From the IMG/VR virus record IMGVR_UViG_3300029705_000009: 64,000 nucleotides of DNA; one strand, written 5' to 3'. Position 1 is the first letter of the stretch. Each line of letters starts with the position of its first letter. Under the pieces are notes generated by a model that did no database searches, was not told the DNA's origin, and saw only the letters and a program-made list of their open reading frames with translations. This DNA comes from a virus. Taxonomy: Duplodnaviria; Caudoviricetes. Both the position numbers and the translations under genes were made by a program. Of this stretch, positions 49,984 to 61,300 are shown piece after piece.

Positions 49984-50763
49984 ATGGCATTTAAATTAGA
50001 TGACATTATTATTGACAGAATTCAGTACGGTGTTGCTGAAACTTTTGATGGCGAACTGCTTTACACACTGACTCAGTTATCTGAGGGAACTATTGATATT
50101 ACTGCTGAATCTAAGGATGCAGTAGACGCTACCGGTACTCTGATTAAGAGATTTTATCAGGGTAAGTCTGGTGAATTTACCGCACAGAACGCAATGCTTA
50201 ACCTGAACATTCTGGGTGCTGCTTCTGGCGAAGGTAAGCTGACTGCAAGCGAGAGCGCAGCTATTGCTATGCCTAAGATCATCACTGTAAAGGCTGGTGA
50301 AACCGTAACTCTGGCTAACTTTGTAGAAGGTTCTGTAACTGTTAATGCACTTGGTACAAACGGCGCAATGGGCAAGTCTTATGTTAAGGCTGCGCAGGCT
50401 TCTGCAACTGAGTTCGGTCTTACCACTGCAGGTATCCTTACTCCTCCTACCGACGACGAAGAGGGTCAGTTCATTGTTAAGTATACTAGAAACGTAACTT
50501 CTGGAGTTGCAATTAAGAATAAGGCTGATAAGTTCCCCGGAACTGTTAAGCTGACTCTGAAAGCTCTGGCTGTAGATCCTTGTTCTGCTGATACTCTGAG
50601 AGCAGTATATATTGTACTTCCTTCTTTCCAGGTATCTCCCGAAGTATCTATTAGTCTTCAGACTGATTCTACTCTGGAGTACAAGGGAACTTTGCAGGTA
50701 GACTATTGTTCTGCTGATAAGAGCTTGTACGAAATCTACTTCGCTGAAGAAGACGAAGAGTAA
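49984..50763 (+). CDS. Major tail tube protein
   Basis: High-expression codon bias like the capsid gene, beta-rich composition and position. Confidence 0.7.
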   Translation: MAFKLDDIIIDRIQYGVAETFDGELLYTLTQLSEGTIDITAESKDAVDATGTLIKRFYQGKSGEFTAQNAMLNLNILGAASGEGKLTASESAAIAMPKIITVKAGETVTLANFVEGSVTVNALGTNGAMGKSYVKAAQASATEFGLTTAGILTPPTDDEEGQFIVKYTRNVTSGVAIKNKADKFPGTVKLTLKALAVDPCSADTLRAVYIVLPSFQVSPEVSISLQTDSTLEYKGTLQVDYCSADKSLYEIYFAEEDEE

Positions 50764-50862
50764 TTTTAATACGAAGATAAACAGGACTGATAGGTGTCAA
50801 AGCCTATCAGTCTTTTACGAGTCATATTATATGACTCATTTATTATAAAAGGAGAATGTAGT

Positions 50863-51814
50863 ATGGCAAAGAAAAATAACAGAAAATGCATTTGCTGTTC
50901 TGAAGAATATAGATATTGCAACAGCTGTGCAGAGGACAGAATGAAACCAGTTTGGTATACTTTGTACCACAATGAAAATTGTAAAAATGTTTTCAACACT
51001 GCTTCAGACTATTTAGCAAATGCAATTACTAAAGAAGAAGCGAAAGAAAAATTCGATAAATGCGACTTGTCTTATAAAGATAAAATGCATCACAAAATTG
51101 TAGAAGCAATTAATGATGTATACGGCATTGTGAATCCAGCTGTTAAAGAAGTGGTTGAAGCACCTATTGTCGAAGAGAAGGCTGTCGAAGTAGAAGAAAA
51201 AGAAGTTAAGAAATTTAACAAAAAGAAAGTAGTATTTGAATAGTGATTGATTTTATAGGGGGTATAACCGGATATAACACTATTCGAGTTATACCCCTTT
51301 TTTTTATTTTAAGGAGAACAAGGATATGAGAGATGAAATTGAAACACATTTACATCCGAGAAATTATACACGTAACGAAGTATATCGGATAATAAATCCA
51401 AAACAAATTCGTTTGTATATTAAGAATAATGTATATCCAATTGATATGTATGCCAGTTATGATGACAAAGGCAATGATGTTACGGTTTATGTATTTTTAA
51501 GAGAAGAAACTAAGGAATTGTATCAAGCTTGGTTGGCACATGAATTGGAGTAAAATATGAAAAAATACTTAGAGAAGAAAATTAGAAAATATGTGATTGC
51601 TACGCTGGATAATCCAACTTTGTACTTGAAGAAGACACCTGGGAAAGTAGATTATTGTTTTGTAGAAGATATTGAAATTGCTACAAAGGCATTGTCTTTG
51701 AAGGTAATGAAACAAAACCTTCAATATTTTTATTTGGATACAGGATTAGACACGGAACTAGTGGTTGTTCCGGTAGATATTACATATGAGATTATAGATG
51801 AAGAGCAGAACTAA
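50863..51814 (+). other. Small ORFs 50863..51243 (Zn finger CICC...YCNSC), 51326..51553 and 51557..51814
   Basis: ORF track plus RBSs. Confidence 0.7.
51257..51306 (+). terminator. Intrinsic terminator
   Basis: GGGGTATAAC...GTTATACCCC followed by a long T-run. Confidence 0.7.
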
Positions 51815-51853
51815 CTGCTCTATTTTTATGGACAAATATGAGTAAAAGGGAAA

Positions 51854-52306
51854 TTGAATATGGAGCAAAAGGAAAATAGTTCTCGCTCTCCTATCATCTA
51901 CACTAGAGAGAACATAAAGTCATTAAAAGAATTATCAGTTTTAGAGGATGGTCAAATTTATGTATATGTAATGTTAAATTCTGCAGGAAATGTAAAAATT
52001 GGCAAAACAACAAATATACAGCAAAGATTGATATCTTTGTCAGGTAGTAATGGTGGAGGATCTAAAATTACTGCTTTATACTGCTCTCCTGCTACATGGA
52101 TTCAGAGTATAGAAGATACATGTCATAACCATTATCATTTTGCACGAATACAAGGCACTGAATGGTTTGATGGTGGAAAAATTTCTTTCAAAGACGTAGT
52201 TAGGTATGTAGATGGATTATTTCATACAAAAGGGTATGAAATATGTAATGAGCTGAGAAGAGAATTGGCTATTAAAGGTAAAAAATATGACAACAAAGGA
52301 AATTGA
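51854..52306 (+). CDS. GIY-YIG / T5orf172-like nuclease-domain protein
   Basis: GQIYVYVM...VKIGKTTNIQQRL...IE...H...GTEWF. Confidence 0.75.
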   Translation: MNMEQKENSSRSPIIYTRENIKSLKELSVLEDGQIYVYVMLNSAGNVKIGKTTNIQQRLISLSGSNGGGSKITALYCSPATWIQSIEDTCHNHYHFARIQGTEWFDGGKISFKDVVRYVDGLFHTKGYEICNELRRELAIKGKKYDNKGN

Positions 52307-52739
52307 ACATATAGCCTATAAGCATTTGTGGAAGAAAGCCACATATCTTGTATTCGAGTGTGCTGCACCTAAGACAAAAAAGAGACAAACTCGTCACAGA
52401 GAACGTGTTGATCTTCTATGCTTTGAATTACCTGGAACGTGGAAGTGCTTCGAGATAAAGAACAGTGTGACGGATTTCTATAGTTCGGCAAAGCTTTCAT
52501 TTTGGGGCGACTACAATTCTTATATTTTAAATGCAGAAATCTACGACAAAGTAAAGGATGATATTCCAAAAGAAATAGGTGTTTGGCTGGTATATAAAGA
52601 TAAAAGTATGGCGTGTGTCAGAAGACCTAAGAAGCAGGAACGAAAGTATACTCATGAGCAGCTATTATTTGCTATGACCCAGGCTTTATCTAGGGAATAT
52701 AAGAAGTATAGAAAGATATTGGAGAAAAAGGATAAATGA
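52287..52739 (+). CDS. PD-(D/E)xK nuclease, MmcB-like
   Basis: FEC...RVDLL...CFEIKNSVTDFYS...IPKEIGV. Confidence 0.65.
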   Translation: MTTKEIEHIAYKHLWKKATYLVFECAAPKTKKRQTRHRERVDLLCFELPGTWKCFEIKNSVTDFYSSAKLSFWGDYNSYILNAEIYDKVKDDIPKEIGVWLVYKDKSMACVRRPKKQERKYTHEQLLFAMTQALSREYKKYRKILEKKDK

Positions 52740-53296
52740 ATAAAGTGTTAAAGTTGACCTCTCCTATTCCTCCGTCGCAAAATCATTATACGGGGATCCG
52801 CATTATTAAAAGCGGTGGTAAGAATATTCCTATGGTTTACAAAACTAAAGAAGCGAAGGAATATGAAGAAGTATTTGAGAAAATTGTACGAGATTCAGTA
52901 AAAAATCAAGCTTATAAAACAAACCTAGACAGTGAACAGCATTTTTATGTAGATGCTGTTTTTTATTTTGATCGAAAACACAAAGATAGTTCAAACTCGG
53001 ATAAGGTACTATTGGATGTTATTACAAGAACACAATTGGTATGGAAGGATGATAGTATTGCTCTCTTTCGACCACAAAGGATTTTTTATGATGCAAGTAA
53101 TCCTAGAATAGAACTTTTTGTATATCCCGTTGATTACGTTGGCATCTTTGATAATCAAGACCAGTTAAATCAATTCGAAAAAAAATGCAAAACATGCAAA
53201 CGTTACTCTCGTAACTGCTCTATCCTTAGCAAAGCAAAAGAAGGACGTATCCAAGAAGAGATACAAGATTTGACATGTAGTAAATATAAGGAGTGA
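52736..53296 (+). CDS. rusA: RusA-family Holliday junction resolvase
   Basis: IPPSQNH...DSSNSDKVLLD....VWKDDS...PRIEL. Confidence 0.8.
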   Translation: MNKVLKLTSPIPPSQNHYTGIRIIKSGGKNIPMVYKTKEAKEYEEVFEKIVRDSVKNQAYKTNLDSEQHFYVDAVFYFDRKHKDSSNSDKVLLDVITRTQLVWKDDSIALFRPQRIFYDASNPRIELFVYPVDYVGIFDNQDQLNQFEKKCKTCKRYSRNCSILSKAKEGRIQEEIQDLTCSKYKE

Positions 53297-55267
53297 TTCT
53301 AATATATTCATGGGAAATTGATCAATATTTGCGGACAAGGAAATGGCTTTTAAATAGAGAAGAATACATATATGTTTCAAATGTTAATGCCAGTCCACAG
53401 ATTCAAAAGATAAAATACAATCCATATGATACAAGTTTTTATATGGAAACAAATGATGGATATAACTGGATATTTAGAATAAAGGAGTAAAAGGATGAAA
53501 ATAAAAGTTGATAATTGCTATGATTGTGGCAAGCCATGTATGCTCTTCTGTCCGGTTCGGGACGACTCATATGAATGGCATTGTGACGAATGTGATAGCG
53601 AGACACAATTGTATGAATTTGAAGGCAGAGAGTTGTGTGCGGAATGTATACTTCAATCTCTTGACAAAGTTAATTAGGAATAAAAGGAGAAAAATATGAG
53701 TGACAATAAAATTAGTGTAAGTAACTATTTGGAAAATGTGGAATTATTAGAAATAGATTATACTCCTTATGATGTAAAGGTTGATATAGTAGATGTAATT
53801 TTATCTCAGGTAATTATAGATGATGAAATGGAAAAAATCGATTCTGCATTATTGAAAAGAATAAGTACTCAGATTTTTATTGAATCCATCACAAATATAG
53901 ATATGTCTATTAAGTCAGATAATGGTTTAGATGGATATGATGAATTATGTTTGTTAAATGAATTAGATGATTTGCTAAATCTTATTTTTGATGAATACAG
54001 TAGATTTGAAAATATTCTCGAATTAAAAGTGGCTGATTTTTATAGGTATAAAAATAGCACAAGTTCTACTCTTCTATCTTTAAAAAATAAATTATCAAAG
54101 TTTGTAAAAGAAAAATCAGACGAGATAAATAATTTAATTGAGAATATAGATACACAGGCTTTGTCGAATAAGTTAAAAGTATTGATTGATGAGAATATCA
54201 AAAAATATAGAGGAAAATAATTATGGAATGTATTCAATTGGTATCTGTATATAATCAAAAAACAAAGAACAAGCCGGATTTATCAGACGAAGAAAGAATA
54301 AAAATAATTAAAGATTTAATACATCCTAAAAAATACATGTCTTTTAAAAGAAAACAAGAAATAATTTTGGGAGTGTTGCAAAGTGTTGTAAATATTTCAG
54401 ATAATAAAATTTTTTATAATAGCTGTAATAAGTATATTTCTTTTATTAATACTATTCTTTCTGTATATACTGATTTAGATATTGATGAAACAAGTTATGA
54501 TATTTTATGTTCTAATAATATATTGAATTATACAATAGGTTCATTAGGTTCCGAATATGATATTTGTTTGGGAATTATGGAAATGTATATGGATGATTTA
54601 GAACATAACCGTATTGAATTATAAAGGTTGTGATATTGTGGACAAATCATATAGAAAGCAATTAAATGATATAAGAACAGAAATAGGAAACATTGGCACA
54701 TCTTTTGCAAAAGGATTGGCCGAACAAGCTCATGAAGATTTGAAAACGGCACATCGACAAATAATAGACAATTTTTATGCTGCTCATGACCCAAATTCAT
54801 ACAACAGAAAAGAAGGATTGTATGACAGTATTATACCTCAAGGAGTAAATCATAGTTCCAACAAAAAACTTACTTATCAAGCAAGTATTGTTGTAGGTAG
54901 TTTTAGAATGGACGATCATTACAGGGGCGATGTTACTCCGGATAATATATTCGATTTAATGTGGAATAAAGGCGTTCGTGGATTGCCAAAAATTGGTATG
55001 GATACATTGGATCATAATTATACATGGTTGGGAACTTTTTATGATTATGGAGACAACCCTAGACGCTGGGAAAATCCATATTGGAGTGGTCAAGAAAATC
55101 CCTATCATAATATTTTCTTAACAAAAATAACAATGGGCGAATATACGACAAAGAAAGCAAGTGTGCCGAACATAGCAATGATTGATTTTGTTAATCATTG
55201 GAAACAAGCCAACGGAAAGAAAGCTTGTGATAAGTTATACAAAGAAATAAAGAACAAATATAGTTAA
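53293..55267 (+). other. ORFs 53293..53490, 53495..53677 (Zn ribbon), 53696..54220 and 54223..54624 (tail-assembly-chaperone-like pair), 54614..55267
   Basis: Position immediately upstream of the tape measure. The two chaperone-like ORFs share a Y.P/S...K..I....L..V pattern. Confidence 0.55.
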
Positions 55268-55292
55268 GAGGCATAGTAATATGTCTCTTTTT
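55265..55292 (+). terminator. Intrinsic terminator upstream of the tape-measure gene
   Basis: AAGAGGCAT-AGTAAT-ATGTCTCTT-TTT. Confidence 0.6.
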
Positions 55293-55313
55293 GAATTAAG
55301 GAGGCATATTATT

Positions 55314-58300
55314 ATGGCGAATTATGATGTGATTAAAACATATGGAATAGAAATTACTGCTGTAACAGATAAGGCAACTGATCAGATTAATCAGTTGGAA
55401 AAAGAATTAGACGAATTATCTAAGAAAAAGGGGTTGTCTGCTGGATTACAGTCTCAAATAGATAAAATTGGAGAATCATTAAACGGTTTAAAAGGAGAAA
55501 TTGTTTCAAGCACCAAATCAATTAATGATAATCTTTCAAAAATTAATACTGATAAAATGTCTCAAGAATTTAAAGACATGCAAAATTCCATTGCGTCTTC
55601 TGTTAATGAATTACAAGAAGAAATGAAAAATTTAAAAAATTCTATGGATTTTTTAAAGACTGGTGATTTTAGTGGTTTTACATCAGGTATTGGTAAGTCG
55701 TTTGATACTTTATCAGATAACATTTCTGATATTGTTGGTAAATTTTCTGAGTTATCAAATTTTATTAACGACATTAGAGTTGGAGCTATCGACACATCTG
55801 GTCTTCAAAAAAGTGAAAAAGGCGTTAAAACTGCTACTTCTCATATAACAAATGATTTAACAAAAACAAAGACAAAAGTCGAAGAATTATTAAGACAGAT
55901 GCGTGACGCTATGGATGATTTTACTTTAGACGATCTTATGTCTGATGGTAAAAATAGCGGTTTAGGAACTGAAGAAGCTAGAACCTTAAGTGAGAACATT
56001 GATATTATCTTGCAATTAATTGATGAGTTAAAGAAGGCACAAGTTGACGTCAATGATATTTTCAATAAAGACGGAATTAAATTAAGCGAAAAAGCATTAA
56101 AAGGTTATAGAACAGAATTAAATAAAATAGTTAAAGAAAGAACTGCTGATGCTGCAAAAGAAAGAAAAAAATCTACAAATCCTACAGAGGTTCGTTTTAG
56201 ATATGTTATTGAAGATCCTAATAGTTCTACCATTGATAGCATTGTTGAAAAGGTAAAAACTGATGTTATAGAAAAAGTTCAGAAACGCATAGATGGTTCT
56301 CCTATTCGAATTCCTATAGGATATACTTATGATAAAGCTGGTATTACTAGCGCTAAAGAGTTAGATAAAATTGAGAACCAAAATGTTGATAAAACAATTT
56401 TTGAACATATCAAACTTGATGTTAAAGCAGATACAAGTAATTTGGTTGATTATGTAAAAGATCAAGTTGATGAAATTAACAAGCAATTAAAAGATACCAA
56501 AAGGCAAATTGAAGTTGAAGTTGTAGGTAAGGTTAATAACGATACAGTAGATGAATCTCTTAACGATTTACAAGAAGAAATATTGCACAGACAATATAAT
56601 GGTTCTGGTTTCACAACAATTAGTGGTGCAAATATTAATATTGGTGGAGACAATATAGCAACAGAAACAACCTTGTCAAACATCAGAGATATTTTATTAG
56701 ATTGGAATCATGCTAAGTCTAGTTCTTCTTTGTCAGTTGAAACGTTATCTAAAGAGGATGAAAACGCTTTATTTGATTATGAAAATGCTTTAAAAATAAG
56801 AAAAAGAAGTTCTGTTTTATTAAGTCAAACCGAAGGTCAATTGGACGTTGTTGAATATGCCAGGGCTAAAATTGCATTGTTAAGTAAACAAAAATCTGAT
56901 TTGACATCTATTAATAATAATGTAAAAAAGGGAAATATAGACGCATTACAGGGAACGGATTATTACTCTGCTTATTATGTCAAAGATGATGTAAAATATG
57001 CTAAATATGGTAGTAGTGGCGAAACTTTAGATAAATGGCAAGAAAAATTGAATTCAGAATTTGAAGAAACACATAAAAAAATTGTAGATGCAACTGCAAG
57101 TTTAAATGATGAATTTGATGGTTATTTGCGTGGTGAAAAAGATTGGAAAGAACTTCTTATTGAAGATTTAAAAAAACAATGGGCAAAAGATACAACTGAT
57201 TCTGCATTAGAAAAAGCCAAATTAGAAAGAGCTGATTCTGTTAAATTGTTAATGGATAGACATAATTCTAATTTAAAACCTGGTCAAGAAAGGATGACTT
57301 CTGACCAAGCTGTACTGCAGTTGATTAATAGTGAATATTCTGAGAGAATCAAGGAAATACAAGATTCAAATGAATTAACAGAAAAATATGAATCTCAAAT
57401 TACTTCTATTAAACGTAAAGCATTAAATCAAATAATTAAAGATTTAACAAAAGGTTATCATGATGCTATTTTATTAACTCAGAATATGATAAAAGCACAA
57501 GAACGAAATATTGCTTTAAACAGTGATGGGTCGGAGCAAAATTCTTCTCTACGTATTGGAACAAAAGCAAATCGTCAAGGGCAAGCGAATAATCCTGATG
57601 AAGCGATAAATGCATTAAATTCAGAATTGGATCAAATTGATCAAGAAGCAATTTCAAAGCATAAAGCACAACAAGAAATTACTAACGACTTGAAATTGCA
57701 AAAAAATATAATGTCAGAAATAGTTGACTTAATCGAAAAACAAAAAACAGCATCTTTATCAGACAAAGAAGTAATAAATGAACGATTGAATGCTTTAATA
57801 CAAAATTTGACTTTGACAAAACAAGAGTTGCAAGCTCAAGAAAATATTGAAGATGTGATAAAATCTATTACTGATTTAGAAGAAAAAAGAAGCACTGCTA
57901 TTAAAAATCTAGAATCTGCTAAAACAAAATTAGAAGAAGATAAAAAATCCGGAGCTTCAACAAAAGTTTTAAACCAAAGCAAGAATGAAATTATTAAACA
58001 GAATGGAATAATTGCTCAATTAGATTTAGAAATTGATAACTATACAAATCAATTAGATGAAACTATTAGAAATTCTTTTTCTGAAAATGTCGATAACTTG
58101 GAAACTTTTATTAAAACTAAGTTATCTTCTATTGATAAATTAATTTTAAATTCTACAAACAAAGAAAATGCAATAATTGGTCAGGCTAAACGTGCAAAAT
58201 ATGATATTGCGTCTCAATATACATTGCGTGATCATTCAAAGTCGGGATATATTTCTAGAGATAATAAGATTTCTGCAATATCGGAAGAGCAATCACGTTT

Positions 58301-61300
58301 ATCAAAAATGGTTAGATATAATAGAGATGGCTCATATGATACATCTGCTATGACAAAGCTTGAAGAAAAAAGATATTTTAATAATATAAAAATATTAAAA
58401 GATTTAAAATTACAACAAGTAGTGTATGAAGCTATATATGGTAAACGTGCAGAAATTTTAGGCATAGAAGAAAAGGAAACAGAAACAATTAAAGAGACTT
58501 CTATTGCATTAAAAAACCTTCCATTATCTAAAAAAGGTGCTGATGCTTATCTTAATACACCAACCATTTTTACATCAGATGGAACAGGTGAAAAATTAAA
58601 AGGTTCTATTTTTGAAAATTCTAATTCTAGAATACCGGAAAATTTAAAAGGATTATCTCTTGAATCAGCAGAGCAAATTAAAAATAATCTCTCTTTAGTA
58701 ATTTCTGAATTAACAGATTATGTCGGAAAAGAAATATTAAAAGATAGTGAAAAAGTTGAAGCCAAAATGCGTGATGCTGCGCGAAAAATGGTTCAAAAAG
58801 ACATTGATATTTTACAGCGAGAGTTAACTGATAATAACGAATATATTAAACAGTTAAAACAAAACGGTGCAGATAGCGGTGTCATTAAAAGTGCTCAAAA
58901 ACGTTCCAATGAATTATCTGCTACTATTAATCAGTTAAAATATTCAGAAGTTGATAATACGGCTTTAAAAGAGGAAATTCAAAATCTTGAAAGAATAAAA
59001 AAGCTTCAAGAAGAAATTTCTAATAGTGGCGATCAAAATAAAATTATGGATTTAGCAGAACAACGTGCTAAGTCGGAAGAACGCATAGCTTATTTGCAAG
59101 AAAATTTCGATAAAGCCTCTTCTGTTAGAGAATCAAGGATTCAATTATATGTTGATTTACAAAAAAAGGAATTTGAACTTGTCAAGTCTATTTTAGAGAA
59201 AAAAGAAAGAGAACTCAATATTGTTAATGAATTAGTATCATTAAAACAAAAAGAAAGAGAAGAATCCGAAAAGATTAGACAAGAAGAAGAAATTGCTTTA
59301 GCAGAAAAAGAAAAAAGGGAATCTCTTACTGAAGAAGAGCAAAAATCGAATATCAATAAAAAATATAATTCTCAAATTGCAGAACAAGAAGAAGTTATTC
59401 AAAAAGAAAAAGAAGCAATAAGTCCGTTAAAGCAAAAATCAGAGGAATTAGAATATCAATTAAAATTAATCAAAGAACAGGCCGCCTTACATTATAAGGA
59501 TCTTATTATAAGAGAAAAGACATTAAATAGTCTTATATCTAATCCTAAAACAAGTATAGATAAAAAAGAAGACTATAAAAAAGAGCTAGAAAAAATACCC
59601 CAACTTAAGGAAGTCGCTGCGAAGCAAACTCTTCCCTCTAATTGGAATTCATTAGCTAAAAGTACAAGAACAAAATATAAATCAAGATATTTGGCTGATT
59701 CTGAAAAATATCAATCTCAATTTATGTCTATTTCTAAAGAATATAATGATGCCAAATATAACTATGGAGATAATGCAGAAGAAACATTAGCTATATATAA
59801 TGAACTTGTTTCTGTTAGTGAAAAATTATTAGATTCCTCCTTAAAATATATTGCCACCGGTGGAGAAGAGTCTAAAGTTGCAGAAAAGATATTATCTGCT
59901 TCTAAGATAAAATACGAGCATGATTCATCAAGTATTAAGACACAAAAAAGCAGAAATGATTTGTTATTACAAGAACATGAAATTGCTTTAAAAACAGCAG
60001 AGGCTAACAAGAGTACTTTAGAGGTCAAAAAACAAGAAGAATTAGATGCTATTCAAACTAGAAAAGAAGAAGCTAATCTATTAAAAGAAAAACAACAGTA
60101 TATTAATGCGTTAGAACAAGAAGCTAAACTTAAGCGTAAAACTGGATTTTATCAAGGTATGAGTGATGAGCAGTACTTAGCGGCTTATAAAGTAGATGCT
60201 ATGTTAAAACTCATTAATGATGATCAAAAAGTATTGAATTCACTTGCTGACAATACTTCCGATGAGTATATTGAGATAGCTAATAGAATTGAAAAGGCTA
60301 AATCTCTCTTAAAAGAATTTAGACATGAAGCATTGCAAATAGATGGTTTGAAATTGTCTGAAGAAACTGGAAGAACATATTATAAAAAAGATACAAAAAT
60401 AAAAGGTGTGTCTTATAGCGGTTTAGGTTCTACTACGGCTAAAGATATGTCTGAAATAAGAGAAAACGCTAAAGCTGTTACAAATTCTATCCTAGAAGAA
60501 CACAAAGCTCAAACTAGAGTTACTAGCGAAGTTAAAGAAACTAAGAAAGAATATTCTGAATTAGGACATTTGAGAAAATTTGCTGGCTATTCTGATGAAC
60601 AAGTTGGATTAGTTGAAGAAATATTTAAAGTTAATCAACAACTTCAATCAAATGCAAAGTTATCTAAAGAAGAAACTGAAGAATTAAAGAAGCAGTTAAA
60701 AGTTTTACATGAACAAGCAAAATTAAAAGATATTAAGATAAATAGAAAGGGATATGCAAGATATTTATCTGGAAGAAATGATTTTTTAGACAATCCTTCT
60801 AAATATGATACCAATAGTTTAATTCATAGTTATTTACACCCTCAAATTCAAAGCGATAATATTGTTGATAATATTAATTCTAATGGTTCGGAACAATTTG
60901 CTTTAGAAAATACTCTTCAGAACATTAAGAAAATTCTTCAATCTGGTTTAAAAGTTAAGGTTGTTGATAAGCTAGATTCTTATGAAACGCCTAGTGATGA
61001 TGCAAGCAAGATTGGTTATGCTTCGAGAGCCAAAAAAGTTGGGGCAACATCTGAATACGGAAAGAACGAAAAAGGTAGTTTCAATACTAAAGGATATCAA
61101 GAAGTTGCAAAAGAATTAGGTTTGTTGCAAAAATCTAAAAATGGCAACCTTTTCGTAAGTAAAAAAGACCGTAATAAAGTTTATTCAGAAATGGATAAGC
61201 GTGGTATTGCTAGGTATTTAGAAGAAGATACTAATGCTACTAAGAAAAATATTGAAGCGAAAAAAGAAAGCAAAAAGGTAGTCGATAAAGATACTGATGC

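Noticed and set aside
53696-54624. Programmed frameshift between tail-assembly chaperones
   Set aside because: The ORFs are separated by a stop and a new ATG, and I found no convincing slippery heptamer at the junction.
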